Assembly (NCBI GenBank): GCA_964503955.1
Contig: CAZDCG010000001.1
Location: forward strand, 382,864-446,863
Length of the DNA: 64,000 bases
Source: an uncultured Gammaproteobacteria bacterium
Lineage (GTDB): Bacteria; Patescibacteriota; Patescibacteriia; VMEV01; CAYQCH01
Reading direction: 5' to 3'
The notes below the pieces were generated by a model. That model had not been told where the DNA came from. It ran no database searches and was given only the letters and a program-made list of their open reading frames with translations. Shown here piece after piece: positions 9,226 to 20,300 of this stretch (positions within the stretch are counted from its first letter, which is position 1; the number at the start of each line of letters is the position of its first letter). The position numbers were made by a program, and so were the translations under genes.

Positions 9226-9795
9226 ATGTTATCGATGAACGAAATCAAGCTCGGAAAAGTTCTTAAATGGGATGGCGACCCGTATGTGGTTATCAAAACC
9301 GAGCATTCCAAAAAGGCGCGCGCCGGCGCCGTGCTCCGCGTCAAGATGAAAAATGTCTTTACCGGATCCGTCATTGAGAACACATTTCAAGGAGCCGACA
9401 AGGCCGAGGAAGCAGATCTTGAACGAGGCAAAAAAGCGCAATACTTGTATAAAGACGATCAGGCGGCGCACTTCATGGATCAGGAAAGCTTTGAACAATT
9501 CGGACTTGACCTTGACCAAATCGAACAGCAGCTCAATTATCTCTCTGAAGGGGAAAATGTCCTCTACATGAGCTATGAAGGCAAGCCGGTTGCGCTGGAC
9601 CTTCCTCCAAAAGTGGATCTTCGCGTAACCGAAGCTCCCGAAGGCGTGAAGGGCGACTCGGCGCAGGGACGCGTGATGAAGCTAGCCACCGTTGAAAGCG
9701 GATATGAACTGCAGGTGCCTCTCTTTATCAAAGAAGGCGACCTCATCCGCATCAATACGGAAACGGGTGAATACGTAGAACGAGTGAAGGAATAA
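9226..9795 (+). CDS. efp: Elongation factor P
   Basis: Full-length three-domain EF-P. The tip-loop sequence is SKKARAGA, with Arg at the position of the usually modified Lys. Confidence 0.9.
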   Translation: MLSMNEIKLGKVLKWDGDPYVVIKTEHSKKARAGAVLRVKMKNVFTGSVIENTFQGADKAEEADLERGKKAQYLYKDDQAAHFMDQESFEQFGLDLDQIEQQLNYLSEGENVLYMSYEGKPVALDLPPKVDLRVTEAPEGVKGDSAQGRVMKLATVESGYELQVPLFIKEGDLIRINTETGEYVERVKE

Positions 9796-9802
9796 AGGAA
9801 AG

Positions 9803-9862
9803 AGCCAGTGCGAGCATATTCAGCAGATTGCTGAGCGCTTGCACTGGTTCTTTTTATTGCAC
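9803..9862 (+). terminator. Rho-independent terminator after efp
   Basis: agccagtgcgagc...gcttgcactggtt stem followed by TCTTTTTATT. Confidence 0.5.
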
Positions 9863-10056
9863 GGACATTGTGGTACACTGAAGTTAGGAGGTATAAAGGA
9901 AGCCTCCCCTTATGAAAAACCCGCTTATCATCTGGACATGATCCTGCTGATAGGTGGGTTTTTCTCTTTTTCAGGAAAAACCGCTCTGGCACGCAGCATG
10001 GGTTTTAGAGCCGTGTTTCCTGAATGTTCTTTCAACCCTCAGAGAAAGGATTGCAC

Positions 10057-10755
10057 ATGGTCCCCCATCCCCATGGGTCCTGGGAGCATGTCAACCCGCG
10101 TGCTCGCAAGATCTTTCGCCGCGGCCAGGAACGGCGCCGGCGCAAGGATCAGAGCGCGGCGCACCGCCTTCGCAAGGGCAAGCATGATGTCCGCTACTCC
10201 TTCGAGATCAGCTCCGAAGACGGACCTCTCTCCTTTCTCTTCGAGGAGATCAGCCGGATCACGCTCCACGCGCTGACCTCGCGCAAGATGATCGACAAGG
10301 TTCGCCGCCGCCAGGCGCGCGATATCCTGCCGCAGACCCTGAAGCTCAGGATCATTCGCCGGCGCACGGAGTCTGGCGCGTACGTGATCATCCCCGGACA
10401 GCAGTACGACGACTTCTGGGTTCCGATCCGTGAGTCGGAGTGCCGGGTGCTTGATGCCTGGCAGTGGGTGATGCGCTATGAGCCCTGGCAGCAGAAGATG
10501 CTGCTGGAGGTGAAGAGCATCTACTCCAACATCAGCCGGGCTCAGCTCGTCTCTCTGATCACTCGCGGCGAAACCCGCTACTACTCGCCGCGCGTGCGGG
10601 TCGTCATCCTCATCGAGGTCGTCGGACAGAGCTTCAATGCTCATCCGCTCAATCCCGTTCCTCTGCCGGACAACGATCCGCAGAACAGCCTGGACGACGG
10701 CCGCCTCGAGATGGACGCCGCACTGGAGAAGATCGGCGCCGAAATCGCGGCCTAA
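10057..10755 (+). CDS. Hypothetical protein encoded in a locally GC-rich segment with a basic N-terminus
   Basis: ORF 10024-10755 with an ATG at 10057. GC and GC3 are far above the surroundings. A GC hairpin lies at 10758-10795. Confidence 0.4.
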   Translation: MVPHPHGSWEHVNPRARKIFRRGQERRRRKDQSAAHRLRKGKHDVRYSFEISSEDGPLSFLFEEISRITLHALTSRKMIDKVRRRQARDILPQTLKLRIIRRRTESGAYVIIPGQQYDDFWVPIRESECRVLDAWQWVMRYEPWQQKMLLEVKSIYSNISRAQLVSLITRGETRYYSPRVRVVILIEVVGQSFNAHPLNPVPLPDNDPQNSLDDGRLEMDAALEKIGAEIAA

Positions 10756-10869
10756 CAGCGCGCCCCCCTTTATTCCTCACGGGATGAAGGGGGGCGTCTG
10801 CATTGAAAAAGAGGAAAACCGGAGCCCTGGAGCCTGACTTTAACATCTCTCTTCAGATAGGTTTAGCAA

Positions 10870-11430
10870 CTACCCATTGACGGAAGACAGACTATAATGA
10901 GCTAAAAACTCGTTTGTGAATTCTTGAATACGTTGTTCAAAGTTCGCTATAGGAATAAGATTACTTGATTTTTTAGTCAGTTTATACGAGGCGTTCGCAC
11001 CTTTTTCCATAGTGACTAAATTCCCCGCTTTTCCCGTAACCACGTCAGCCTTAGACCATACTCCGAAATAGAGTTCGTTTGGAGTTACCCCTAAACACAA
11101 GACAGCATCATATTCTCTATGATAGCGTATATGATTGAACTGAAAATTACCTCCGGTATCTTCTGTTGCTGTCTTAAGTTCATATTTAATACCATAAAGT
11201 TGAATATCCCATGAACTTTGTTTTGCTCTTGAATTGGCCTTATTCAACGGGAAATCACATGGAATTGAAAGCACATTACAAAGGCCCTCAATAAAATCCT
11301 GTCCAACGTTACCGACTTTTGTATTTGAAACAGTTTTGATTCCAATAAAATCACCCTGTTTCCATTTAGGATTGTCAACATTTTTCTTTAATGCCTCTAC
11401 GAACAACTGTTTATAATCAAGATTTTGCAT
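10870..11430 (-). CDS. Putative type II restriction endonuclease (partner of the adjacent MTase)
   Basis: AT-rich ORF overlapping the MTase stop by 14 nt. No other function is recognisable, so the call rests on position only. Confidence 0.45.
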   Translation of the reverse strand: MQNLDYKQLFVEALKKNVDNPKWKQGDFIGIKTVSNTKVGNVGQDFIEGLCNVLSIPCDFPLNKANSRAKQSSWDIQLYGIKYELKTATEDTGGNFQFNHIRYHREYDAVLCLGVTPNELYFGVWSKADVVTGKAGNLVTMEKGANASYKLTKKSSNLIPIANFEQRIQEFTNEFLAHYSLSSVNG

Positions 11431-12355
11431 GTGTTGGAAGATGATCTAGTAAGGCCAACTTGATATGGTACATCGAAATATGACGACAATTATGGGTTGC
11501 AAGATTACTATACTTGTCCCAGTTAATACCACTTAGTATTTTTTTCACTTTTCTTTTTTCTTTTTTTATGATGATTCCATATCCGCAAACATATTTCACT
11601 TTTGAAAAATCACTCACCAGCACGGGCGGTTTGTTGAAATATGTCCTTTGCAAAAAAGTATTGCATTTACTCATCTTTTTCATTCCACAGAGTCGTTCTT
11701 TTCTTAGATCAACTGTAAATAGGTCAATGTACTCATCAGCCAAACTCAAATCCGGTAATGCTGCGGCTTCACCTTTTTTCCAAATCTGCCAAAGCGTATT
11801 CACTTGTTTTGTCTCTCCATTTGGTTGAACGAAAACATCCCCAGAAAGAATTTGAGAATGTACTAACCTCATTCCTAGTACTCTATTTTTGGGACTACCT
11901 TTACCGTCACTCTGAAACGACATAGGGAGAATGAAACCAACATAGTCACAAAATTCTGCTGCACGATTCAAAAAAGCTAAAGCTAGCCACCCGCGATACC
12001 CAAAGGGAGGATTGCCTATAGCTACACAAGGGCGGTTGTCTGTATGATTGGGTTCCCAAGTAAGGAAATCTTGTTGGATGTATTCTCTACAATAATTTTC
12101 AACGTCAATTCCTATACGTTGTTTTTTGGGTAACAGATTGTAAAAAGATCCAGTCCCTGCACTTGGCTCTATAATTTTATAATTGGTTAAAATTGTTCCG
12201 TCCATTTTGAGGTATTTTTGGAATGAATTCCAACAGTACTCCGCGACTTTGGGCAAGGTATTAAATTGATCGAGACCAACTTCCCTTCCACGAACCCAGT
12301 CCGGGATACGATTAGAGCTGGCCCATGCCTTATCTCTAAGTTTGATTGCATTCAT
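11417..12355 (-). CDS. N6-adenine-specific DNA methyltransferase (gamma-class)
   Basis: Motif I EPSAGTGSF precedes motif IV GNPPFG, the order seen in M.TaqI-like gamma-class enzymes. AT-rich, about 38% GC. Confidence 0.8.
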   Translation of the reverse strand: MNAIKLRDKAWASSNRIPDWVRGREVGLDQFNTLPKVAEYCWNSFQKYLKMDGTILTNYKIIEPSAGTGSFYNLLPKKQRIGIDVENYCREYIQQDFLTWEPNHTDNRPCVAIGNPPFGYRGWLALAFLNRAAEFCDYVGFILPMSFQSDGKGSPKNRVLGMRLVHSQILSGDVFVQPNGETKQVNTLWQIWKKGEAAALPDLSLADEYIDLFTVDLRKERLCGMKKMSKCNTFLQRTYFNKPPVLVSDFSKVKYVCGYGIIIKKEKRKVKKILSGINWDKYSNLATHNCRHISMYHIKLALLDHLPTHAKS

Positions 12356-12363
12356 ATTTTGTA

Positions 12364-12699
12364 TTATATCCTGATTTTGGATTTCAGGATAGAGGGCAAT
12401 CTTAATATTACAAACACATCAAATAGGAACCCGAAGACAGCAAACCCAGGGGTGCGTTTAACGGATAAAAATCCGGGGCATCTCAGCTCCGACTTTTGCT
12501 TCTGTTCACTGAAAAGACTCTTCTGAATCTTCTTTTTCCATTTCTGGCATGCCGTTTCCGCTCGAAACTTCTCGAGACAAAGCTCGCATATTATGGCAGA
12601 GTGCTCAGGGTTCGGTGCATCCTGGTGGCCGACACCGAGCTTTTTTCTCTGAACGCTGTTCCTACGCTTGGCGATAATGCCTATGCTGACCGCAACCAA
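12364..12699 (-). pseudogene. Degenerate duplicate of the recA 3' end
   Basis: The translated segment GIIAKRRNSVQRKKLGVGHQDAPNPEHSAIICELCLEKFRAETACQ aligns to the RecA C-terminus [52 protein letters not shown]. Nucleotide similarity is also visible between 12500-12700 and 12780-12960. Confidence 0.6.
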
Positions 12700-12758
12700 G
12701 GGGGGCGGCTTTCTTTAGTAAATTTACTCCCCCGGTCCTGCTTGTTTATGTAGCTGTT

Positions 12759-13850
12759 CTATTCTTCAGATTCGTTCTGTTTCACTGAGGGCTGTGCATT
12801 TTCCGTGCGGAACTTTTCTGCGCAAAGCTCGCGGATTTTGGCGACAAGTTCAGGTTTGTCGCGCAGGTAATCCGTCGCGTTTTGCTTGCCGACTCCAAGC
12901 TTTTCTTCTCCATAACTATAGCTGTTTCCACGCTTGGTAATAATGCCCATGCTGGCGGCAACTTCAAGCAAATCCGCTTCTCTGGCAATTCCCTGATTGT
13001 ACATGATATCAAATTCCGTTGTGCGGAATGGCGGAGCAACTTTGTTTTTGACAATCTTCACCTTTACGCGGTTTCCGATAATCTGCTCGCCCTGCTTAAT
13101 CTGCGCAGACCGGCGGACTTCCACACGGATGGATGAATAGAATTTCAAGGCATTTCCGCCAGTGGTTGTTTCAGGATTGCCAAAAAAGACACCGATTTTC
13201 ATACGGATCTGGTTGATGAAAATCACGGTGCAATTCGATCGGTTGATGATACCCGTCAACTTGCGCAGAGCCTGGCTCATCAGACGAGCTTGAGACCCCA
13301 TTTGCGATTCGCCCATTTCTCCTTCGATTTCGCTTTTAGGAACAAGCGCCGCAACCGAGTCCACCACAATAACATCCACTGCATTTGAGCGCACAAGCGT
13401 ATCAACGATTTCAAGCGCCTGTTCTCCCGTATCGGGCTGGGAGACAAGTAATTCATCAATATTCACGCCAATGCGCCGCGCATATTCAGGATCAAGGGCA
13501 TGCTCGGCATCCACGAAAGCCGCCGTTCCCCCTGTTTTCTGCACTTCAGCCACAATATGCTGGGCCAAGGTCGTTTTTCCTGATGATTCAGGACCGTAGA
13601 TTTCAATAATACGCCCTCGGGGAACACCGCCTACGCCCAGCGCCATATCCAGAGAAAGACATCCCGTGGAAATCGCATCAATATTCAGGCGCTTGGCTTC
13701 TCCAAGTTTCATGATGGAGCCTTCGCCGAATCGCTGCCGGATCTGTTCGATCGCATCCTGCGCAGCCCGCTGCCGCTCCTTCTGGCTTGTTTTTGCTTGT
13801 TTATCATCTGACATACATGGCTGTTTAACGTAAAGATTCTCAAGATTCAT
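12759..13850 (-). CDS. recA: Recombinase RecA
   Basis: Walker [10 protein letters not shown] plus the full RecA core. The start is either 13850 or the ATG at 13814 (MSDDKQ). Confidence 0.9.
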   Translation of the reverse strand: MNLENLYVKQPCMSDDKQAKTSQKERQRAAQDAIEQIRQRFGEGSIMKLGEAKRLNIDAISTGCLSLDMALGVGGVPRGRIIEIYGPESSGKTTLAQHIVAEVQKTGGTAAFVDAEHALDPEYARRIGVNIDELLVSQPDTGEQALEIVDTLVRSNAVDVIVVDSVAALVPKSEIEGEMGESQMGSQARLMSQALRKLTGIINRSNCTVIFINQIRMKIGVFFGNPETTTGGNALKFYSSIRVEVRRSAQIKQGEQIIGNRVKVKIVKNKVAPPFRTTEFDIMYNQGIAREADLLEVAASMGIITKRGNSYSYGEEKLGVGKQNATDYLRDKPELVAKIRELCAEKFRTENAQPSVKQNESEE

Positions 13851-14023
13851 GGTTTTGGATGCAGTTCAAGGAAGAGGCGAGTACCGGAACCAAACCTCTG
13901 ACGAAGAAATGCGCCAAAACCATGAATCTACAAACAAAAAAGAACATCTCTAACTAAAGATTCGAGATGTCCTCCACACCATATAAATTGCTCTGTTGCC
14001 ATTATACCACATCTGCCCTGTGG

Positions 14024-14048
14024 AAAAAAGAAGGCCCTGATTGTGGGC
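14024..14048 (-). terminator. Rho-independent terminator after the rodZ-like gene
   Basis: On the minus strand aggccc-acaatca-gggcct is followed by TCTTTTTT. Confidence 0.5.
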
Positions 14049-14049
14049 C

Positions 14050-14784
14050 TTAGGAGCGATGATCCGGCTCTTGCGCATTCGTAAATGTCTGTTTCTCCTG
14101 CACAATCACTTTTCGATAGACGCTGCTTTCACGGCTGTATTTCTTCCTGGCCCCGATTTCAATCACATTCAAACCTGGCTGCAAAGTCACGCGTTCGGTG
14201 AAATTACCTTCCACATCGCTTAACACTGTTTGATTATTGATAGAGAGCGTTACTTCCGGCTCGGTCTTTCCGCTGATTTCAACGACCTGCTTATCCGTAA
14301 TCAATTCTTCTTGCGGGGTATAAATTGACAAAAGCGGCGGCTGGCGCAAATCGTATAATTCAAAGCCCAGATAACCAAAGATTGCCACAACAAGCAAACT
14401 TGCTCCAGCCCAGCGGAGCCAGCGCGGCAATGTCCAAAAATCCGACCGGGAAATTCCAAGCCGGCTGCGGTTCACAGGAAAGAGCTGCTGCTGATGTTTT
14501 TCAAAGAGTGTCCACTCCTGTTCAAAAAGCGTCAGAAGGGGCTCAGTTCGCAAACCAAGATACTGTCCATAGCAGCGGACAAAATTGCGAGTATAAACGT
14601 ATGAAGGAAGCTTGCCGTAGTTTCCTTCTTCAAGCGCTTCAAGATAAAAAGGAGAAATTTGCAAATGGCGCGCGATCTCATCAACAGTCAAACCGGTTTG
14701 CGAGCGAGTGTACACAAATAACTCGGCCACGGTCTGGATCACATCCAGGGATTTCGTTTCAAATTGAACACGGTATGACGCCAT
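14050..14784 (-). CDS. RodZ-like cytoskeleton protein (HTH + TM + C-terminal domain)
   Basis: N-terminal XRE-type HTH (LTVDEIARHLQISPFYLEALEEGNY), a TM segment and a DUF4115-like C-terminus. The start is set at 14784 so it does not overlap ftsK. Confidence 0.6.
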   Translation of the reverse strand: MASYRVQFETKSLDVIQTVAELFVYTRSQTGLTVDEIARHLQISPFYLEALEEGNYGKLPSYVYTRNFVRCYGQYLGLRTEPLLTLFEQEWTLFEKHQQQLFPVNRSRLGISRSDFWTLPRWLRWAGASLLVVAIFGYLGFELYDLRQPPLLSIYTPQEELITDKQVVEISGKTEPEVTLSINNQTVLSDVEGNFTERVTLQPGLNVIEIGARKKYSRESSVYRKVIVQEKQTFTNAQEPDHRS

Positions 14785-14794
14785 AATACGAAGG

Positions 14795-17128
14795 TTACCT
14801 GAGCTCTTCTTCGCCCTCCTCGTCAGAATCGGAATCGGATTCCTCCTGAACGATTTCTTCATCTTCCAAATCATCGTCCTCGCTATCATCAAAATCCGGA
14901 GTTTCGTCCGTTTCTTCCTCAATGGTACCACCCTCATCGGGCTGGATCAAGACATCACGCGCTTTTGCTCCGTCCTGAGCGCTGACCACCCCGGCATCTT
15001 CAAGCAAATCCATCAAACGGGCGGCTCTGGCATAGCCGATGCGGAGCTTGCGCTGCAGATATGAAGTTGATGCTTTTTGCGAATGCACCACAATCTCTTT
15101 TGCTTCTTCAAATAAATCATCTCCGCCTTCATCGTCGGCCATGAACGCGGTTGGCGTTTGCTGTTTCTCCACGACCTCTTCAATGTATTCAGGTTCGCCC
15201 ACCTCTTCGGCCAGGAAAGAAACAATGCGCTTTACTTCATGTTCTGAAAGATACGCACCCTGAATACGCTTCGGCTTTGAAACTTCCGCGGAGCTGAAGA
15301 GCATATCTCCTCGTCCGACAAGCTTCTCCGCGCCCAATGAATCAAGAATGGTTCTTGAATCAACCGCCGAAGCAACACTGAACGCGATGCGTCCCGGAAT
15401 ATTCGCCTTGAGCAGACCGGTAATGACATCTACGGAGGGTCGCTGGGTCGCAAGCACGAGATGGATACCCACGGCGCGAGCCATCTGCGCCAGGCGGATA
15501 ATATGCGTTTCCACTTCCGCCGCCGCGACAATCATGAGATCCGCCAATTCATCGATAATCAAAACGATATAAGGAAGCGGTTCATCCGCTACCTGATTAT
15601 AATCGGCGATATTGCGCTTCCCTTTTTGCGCCAGCGTTTCATAGCGTCGATCCATCTCAACAACCAGCCATTTCAAGGCATTGATGGTTTTTTTCACATC
15701 CGTGATCACAGGCGTGAGCAAATGCGGAATACGGTTATAGACCGGCAATTCCACGCGCTTTGGATCCACCATGATGAATTTCAAGTCATCGGGGCCGTAC
15801 TGGTAGAGCAAGGAAACGATCATGCCATTCACGAAAACGGATTTACCGCTTCCGGTCGCACCGGCTACCAAGAGGTGAGGCAGCTTATCAAGCAAGGTGC
15901 AGTATGATTTTCCGGCCACATCAAGGCCAAGAGGCAAAACCAGTCCGCCGTTCTTTTTCATCTTGCGGTAATCGCGGGAAGAAATGAGTTGTTTTAAACC
16001 GATCAGCGCATTCGATTTATTCGGAACTTCAATACCGATCAGCGAGCGGCCAGGAATCGGCGCTTCGATACGGATGGGGTGGGCGGCCAGGGCAAGCGCC
16101 AAGTCATTATTGAGCGCGAGAATGCGCGTCAGCTTAATGCCTTCCGCCGGCTTGAGCGTATACTGCGTCACCGTAGGACCGACATTGACTTCGTCCATTT
16201 CAACAGGGATATTGAAATTCTCAAGCGTGCGTCGAATGATTTCCTGATTGGCTTCAACGTCGCCGCTGTCGGCTACTGACTGGCGTTCATCAAGCAATTC
16301 AATAGGAATTTTCACGCGGCGGCGGCGTTTTACCGGTTTCATTTCAATCGCTTCTTCATCTTCGTCTTCTTCAGCATCATCAGCTGCGGAAGCGTGCACC
16401 GGTGCAGCTGCCGGAGCAGGAGCTTTCTCCTCTTCCCCTTCCTCTTCTTCAACTTCCTCCTCGTCTTCAAGATCCTCCTCTTCTTCATCCTCTTCGGCTT
16501 CCTCGGCTAAGCGGCGCTCCTCAGCAAGCAATGCTTCTTTTTCTTCCTGCCAGCGCTGCCATAATCGCGCAAGCCAGCCTGGGTTGTCTTCCGTTCCCAA
16601 GGCAAGGCTGCTGAGCGGGATATTGAAAAAGATGAGAAAACCGGCCAGACAGGAAGCAAAAAGCACGAAGAGCCCGACAATGAATCCAAAAAACCGATGA
16701 AGATTAAACGCGATCAAATACCCAAGCCATCCTCCGCCAAGGCCGTCGGCGGCGGCAATCTGCATTTCAGAAGGCGGAATAAAGTGGTGAAAGAGACCGG
16801 CAAATCCGACGAAAAGGAAAAACATCCCCAGGTACTTGCTTAGAGGAACTTCAAACATTTCTGATTTCAGGAGGAAATAGATAATCCCAAGCAGGACAAA
16901 CGGAATCCCCACGCGCACCCAGCCAAAACCTAGTGCGAGCAAATGATTGGTCCACTCGCCGACAACACCGGCATATCCGAGAAAACCAAAAAGCATCATC
17001 AGCACCAATGCAAATAAAACGAGAATCCATAAACCTCGTTTTGTCGCAGAGGACAATCCTTCGCCTTCTTCCACGTGTTTTCGTCTTCCCATAAAAAATC
17101 CAGGGGAAAACATGAATAATTCGCACAA
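14795..17128 (-). CDS. ftsK: DNA translocase FtsK/SpoIIIE
   Basis: N-terminal TM segments, an acidic linker, a motor domain with Walker A GATGSGKSV, and a gamma domain. An extra acidic tail of about 45 aa follows. Confidence 0.9.
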   Translation of the reverse strand: MCELFMFSPGFFMGRRKHVEEGEGLSSATKRGLWILVLFALVLMMLFGFLGYAGVVGEWTNHLLALGFGWVRVGIPFVLLGIIYFLLKSEMFEVPLSKYLGMFFLFVGFAGLFHHFIPPSEMQIAAADGLGGGWLGYLIAFNLHRFFGFIVGLFVLFASCLAGFLIFFNIPLSSLALGTEDNPGWLARLWQRWQEEKEALLAEERRLAEEAEEDEEEEDLEDEEEVEEEEGEEEKAPAPAAAPVHASAADDAEEDEDEEAIEMKPVKRRRRVKIPIELLDERQSVADSGDVEANQEIIRRTLENFNIPVEMDEVNVGPTVTQYTLKPAEGIKLTRILALNNDLALALAAHPIRIEAPIPGRSLIGIEVPNKSNALIGLKQLISSRDYRKMKKNGGLVLPLGLDVAGKSYCTLLDKLPHLLVAGATGSGKSVFVNGMIVSLLYQYGPDDLKFIMVDPKRVELPVYNRIPHLLTPVITDVKKTINALKWLVVEMDRRYETLAQKGKRNIADYNQVADEPLPYIVLIIDELADLMIVAAAEVETHIIRLAQMARAVGIHLVLATQRPSVDVITGLLKANIPGRIAFSVASAVDSRTILDSLGAEKLVGRGDMLFSSAEVSKPKRIQGAYLSEHEVKRIVSFLAEEVGEPEYIEEVVEKQQTPTAFMADDEGGDDLFEEAKEIVVHSQKASTSYLQRKLRIGYARAARLMDLLEDAGVVSAQDGAKARDVLIQPDEGGTIEEETDETPDFDDSEDDDLEDEEIVQEESDSDSDEEGEEELR

Positions 17129-17267
17129 ACGCAGGGGTTTTTACCCCTTTCAAGACTTCTCTAGTATAGCACAATTACACTGATTTTACAGTGATTTTGT
17201 ACACAAGCTCCTCTTGCTCGCCTCGCCGAGCGTGTTCTGATCGCTTGAGCGTATGAGATACCGTTTA

Positions 17268-17300
17268 TAAACCAAAACCCCTCCCGATAATGGGAGGGGC
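17268..17300 (-). terminator. Rho-independent terminator after rpoC
   Basis: On the minus strand cccctccc-attatc-gggagggg is followed by TTTTGGTTT. Confidence 0.55.
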
Positions 17301-17340
17301 TGGTAAAAGACTGGGCAAGTCTCTCTTTATCAGGTGGCGG

Positions 17341-20300
17341 CTACGCAGCCACTTCAACTTCTTCGCTTACCTCTTCCTGCGATTCTTCGCCGTCTTTCTT
17401 ATAGCCGGTTCCGGCTGGAATCAAGCGGCCGATAATCACGTTTTCTTTCAAACCTTCAAGCGGCTCAACGCGGCCATTGATCGCTGCGTTGATGAGCACG
17501 CGAGCGGTTTCCTGAAAGGATGCCGCAGAAAGGAAGCTGCGTGTGGTCAAAGAAACCTTGGTGATACCAAGCAGCATGCGGTCAAATGTCGCGGGCTTCT
17601 TGCCATCGGCAATGGCTCGGTCATTTGCCTCCATTGCTTCCTGATACTCAGCGATTTCTCCCGGGAGAAGATCCGTATCACCGGCATCTTTGATCATCAC
17701 GCGCGAGAAGAGCTGACGCGCAATGATTTCCACGTGTTTGTCATTGAGCTTCTGTCCTTGAGAGCCGTAAATATCCTGAATCTGCTCCATGATGTACTTC
17801 TGCGTGGCGCGCCGTCCGCGAAGATCAAAGAGTTCCTGCAGACTGAGATGTCCTTCCGTGAGCGGAGTTCCCTTTTCAATTTCTTGTCCGTCCTGAACGA
17901 GGATTGAGTAGCCAAGCGGAATAACGTATTCCATCACGCCAGGAGTAGCCATGGCCACTTCAATGTACTCGTCGTGAACGGCCACCTTGCCGCCACGCAA
18001 TGCGCGCACTTCATCGCCATTTTCATCGAGGTAGAGGATGCCGTCAGCTTTCACCTTGCCGCCATCCTTCACCTTCAGCTTGGTCTTCTTGGCGATTGGA
18101 TAGGTGTCAACCTCGTTTGCCTCATGTGCGATGCGAATGACTTTCTGTTTGAATGAGCTGTTTGGCACATTCGCCTTGGCAAGATCCTGATTCACAACCG
18201 TAATCTCTTCGATCTGCACCTTGCCGGCAACCTCGCTGATAAATGCCTTACGCTTTGGATTGCGGGCTTCAAACAATTCTTCCACGCGAGGGAGACCCTG
18301 GGTAATATCCGCAGAGCTTGCGATACCTCCGGTATGGAAGGTCCTCATCGTCAGCTGGGTACCAGGTTCACCGATACTCTGCGCGGCGATGATTCCCACC
18401 GCGGTTCCCATTTCAACAACGTCCGCATGTCCAAGATCCCATCCATAGCATTTCTGACAGATGCCTTTCTTGGAAGCGCATTCCATAACCGTGCGGACAG
18501 CCACTTCTTCAAGGCCGGCTTTGTCGATGGCAATGGCAGCATCTTCGTCAATCAATTCAGCCTTCTTTACAAGGGTTTTTGAACCGCTCTTGATATCGGT
18601 GAGCGCGAAGCGGCCGATGATACGGTCTTTCAGATCGCGGTTCATGGCGACACTTTCTGCGCGGGTGATGACAAGGCCCTCTTCGGTTCCGCAGTCAATT
18701 TCGCGGATAACCACATCCTGCGACACGTCAACAAGACGACGCGTCAGATATCCAGCATTTGCGGTACGAAGCGCGGTATCGGACAGACCTTTGCGGGCAC
18801 CGTGAGTTGAGATGAAGTATTCAAGAATCTCAAAGCCGTCCTTGAAATTACCGCGCACCGGAAGCTCGATAATTTCACCGGCAGGGTTGGTTACAAGCCC
18901 CTTCATACCGACGATCTGGGTGAGCTGCCCCCATGAACCGCGGGCTCCGGATTCCACCATGGTATAGACCGGTCCTTCCGTATCCATGGCTTCATGGCTG
19001 ATCGCCACGATTTCATCTTTCACCTTGGTCCAAATTTCAATGATCTTGCTGTAGCGTTCGCTATTGGTGAGCAGCCCCATATTGTACTGCTCCTGTACTT
19101 CGTCCACCTTCTTTTCAGCGGCTTCAAGGATTTCTTTCTTCTTATCAAGATGCGGAATATCATCCATACCCCATGACCATCCAGAGAGGGTAATGAACTT
19201 GAATCCAAGGTGTTTGATGGTATCAAGCAATTTCGCGGTCTTTTCGATTCCAAGTCTTTCAAATGAACGCTGAACGATGCGCGAAAGAACCTTTTTATCG
19301 ATCAGTTCGTTGATATATGGCAGTTCAGACGGCATCTGGCGGTTGAAGACAATGCGGCCGACACAGGTTTCTTGCAGCCCGGCTTCAAAATCCGTGTGGG
19401 CATCGAATCGTACGCGGATGCGTTCGCGCAGGTGAATCGCGCCAAGGTTATAAGCAGCCAGGGCGTCTTCTTCGCTCGCGAAATGCTTGAGATCTTTGAC
19501 ATCTTTCTCTTTATCTTCCTTGCGAAGCGATGTCATGTAGTACACGCCCCAGATCATATCTTTACTTGGCGTGGCAATCGGTTCACCGGTTGCTGGCTTG
19601 AGCAGGTTCTTGGCGGAAAGCATGATTTCTTTCGCCTCGGCTTGCGCTTCATCGGTCAAAGGCAAGTGAACAGCCATTTGGTCACCGTCGAAGTCGGCAT
19701 TGAATGCGGCACAAACAAGCGGATGCACCTGGATGGCTTTTCCTTCAATCAAAATCGGCTTGAATGCCTGGATACCAAGACGGTGCAGGGTCGGAGCGCG
19801 GTTGATCAAGACATGTTTGTTCTTGATCACGTCAGCGAGAATATCCCAGACTTCAGGACGGTTTGATTCGATATAGCGGCCAGCGGAACGGACATTATGC
19901 ACATATCCTTCCTGAATCAAGCGGCTGATCACAAACGGCTTGAACAATTCAAGCGCCATTTTCTTTGGCACGCCGCATTCATCAAGCTGAAGGTGCGGAC
20001 CGACAACGATCACCGAACGTCCGGAGTAGTCTGTTCGTTTACCAAGCAGGTTCTGGCGGAAGCGTCCCTGTTTTCCTTTCAGGATATCGGCAATCGATTT
20101 GAGCTGGCGTTTCTGCCCGGTAGACGCGGTCACGGTTTTTCCATGGCGCATGCCATTGTCGATCAGCGCGTCGACCGCTTCCTGCAACATGCGTTTTTCG
20201 TTTCGGGTAATCACTTCCGGCGCGCGCAATTCAATCAGCTGTTTAAGGCGGTTGTTGCGGTTGATCACGCGGCGGTACAAATCATTCAAATCGGAAGTCG

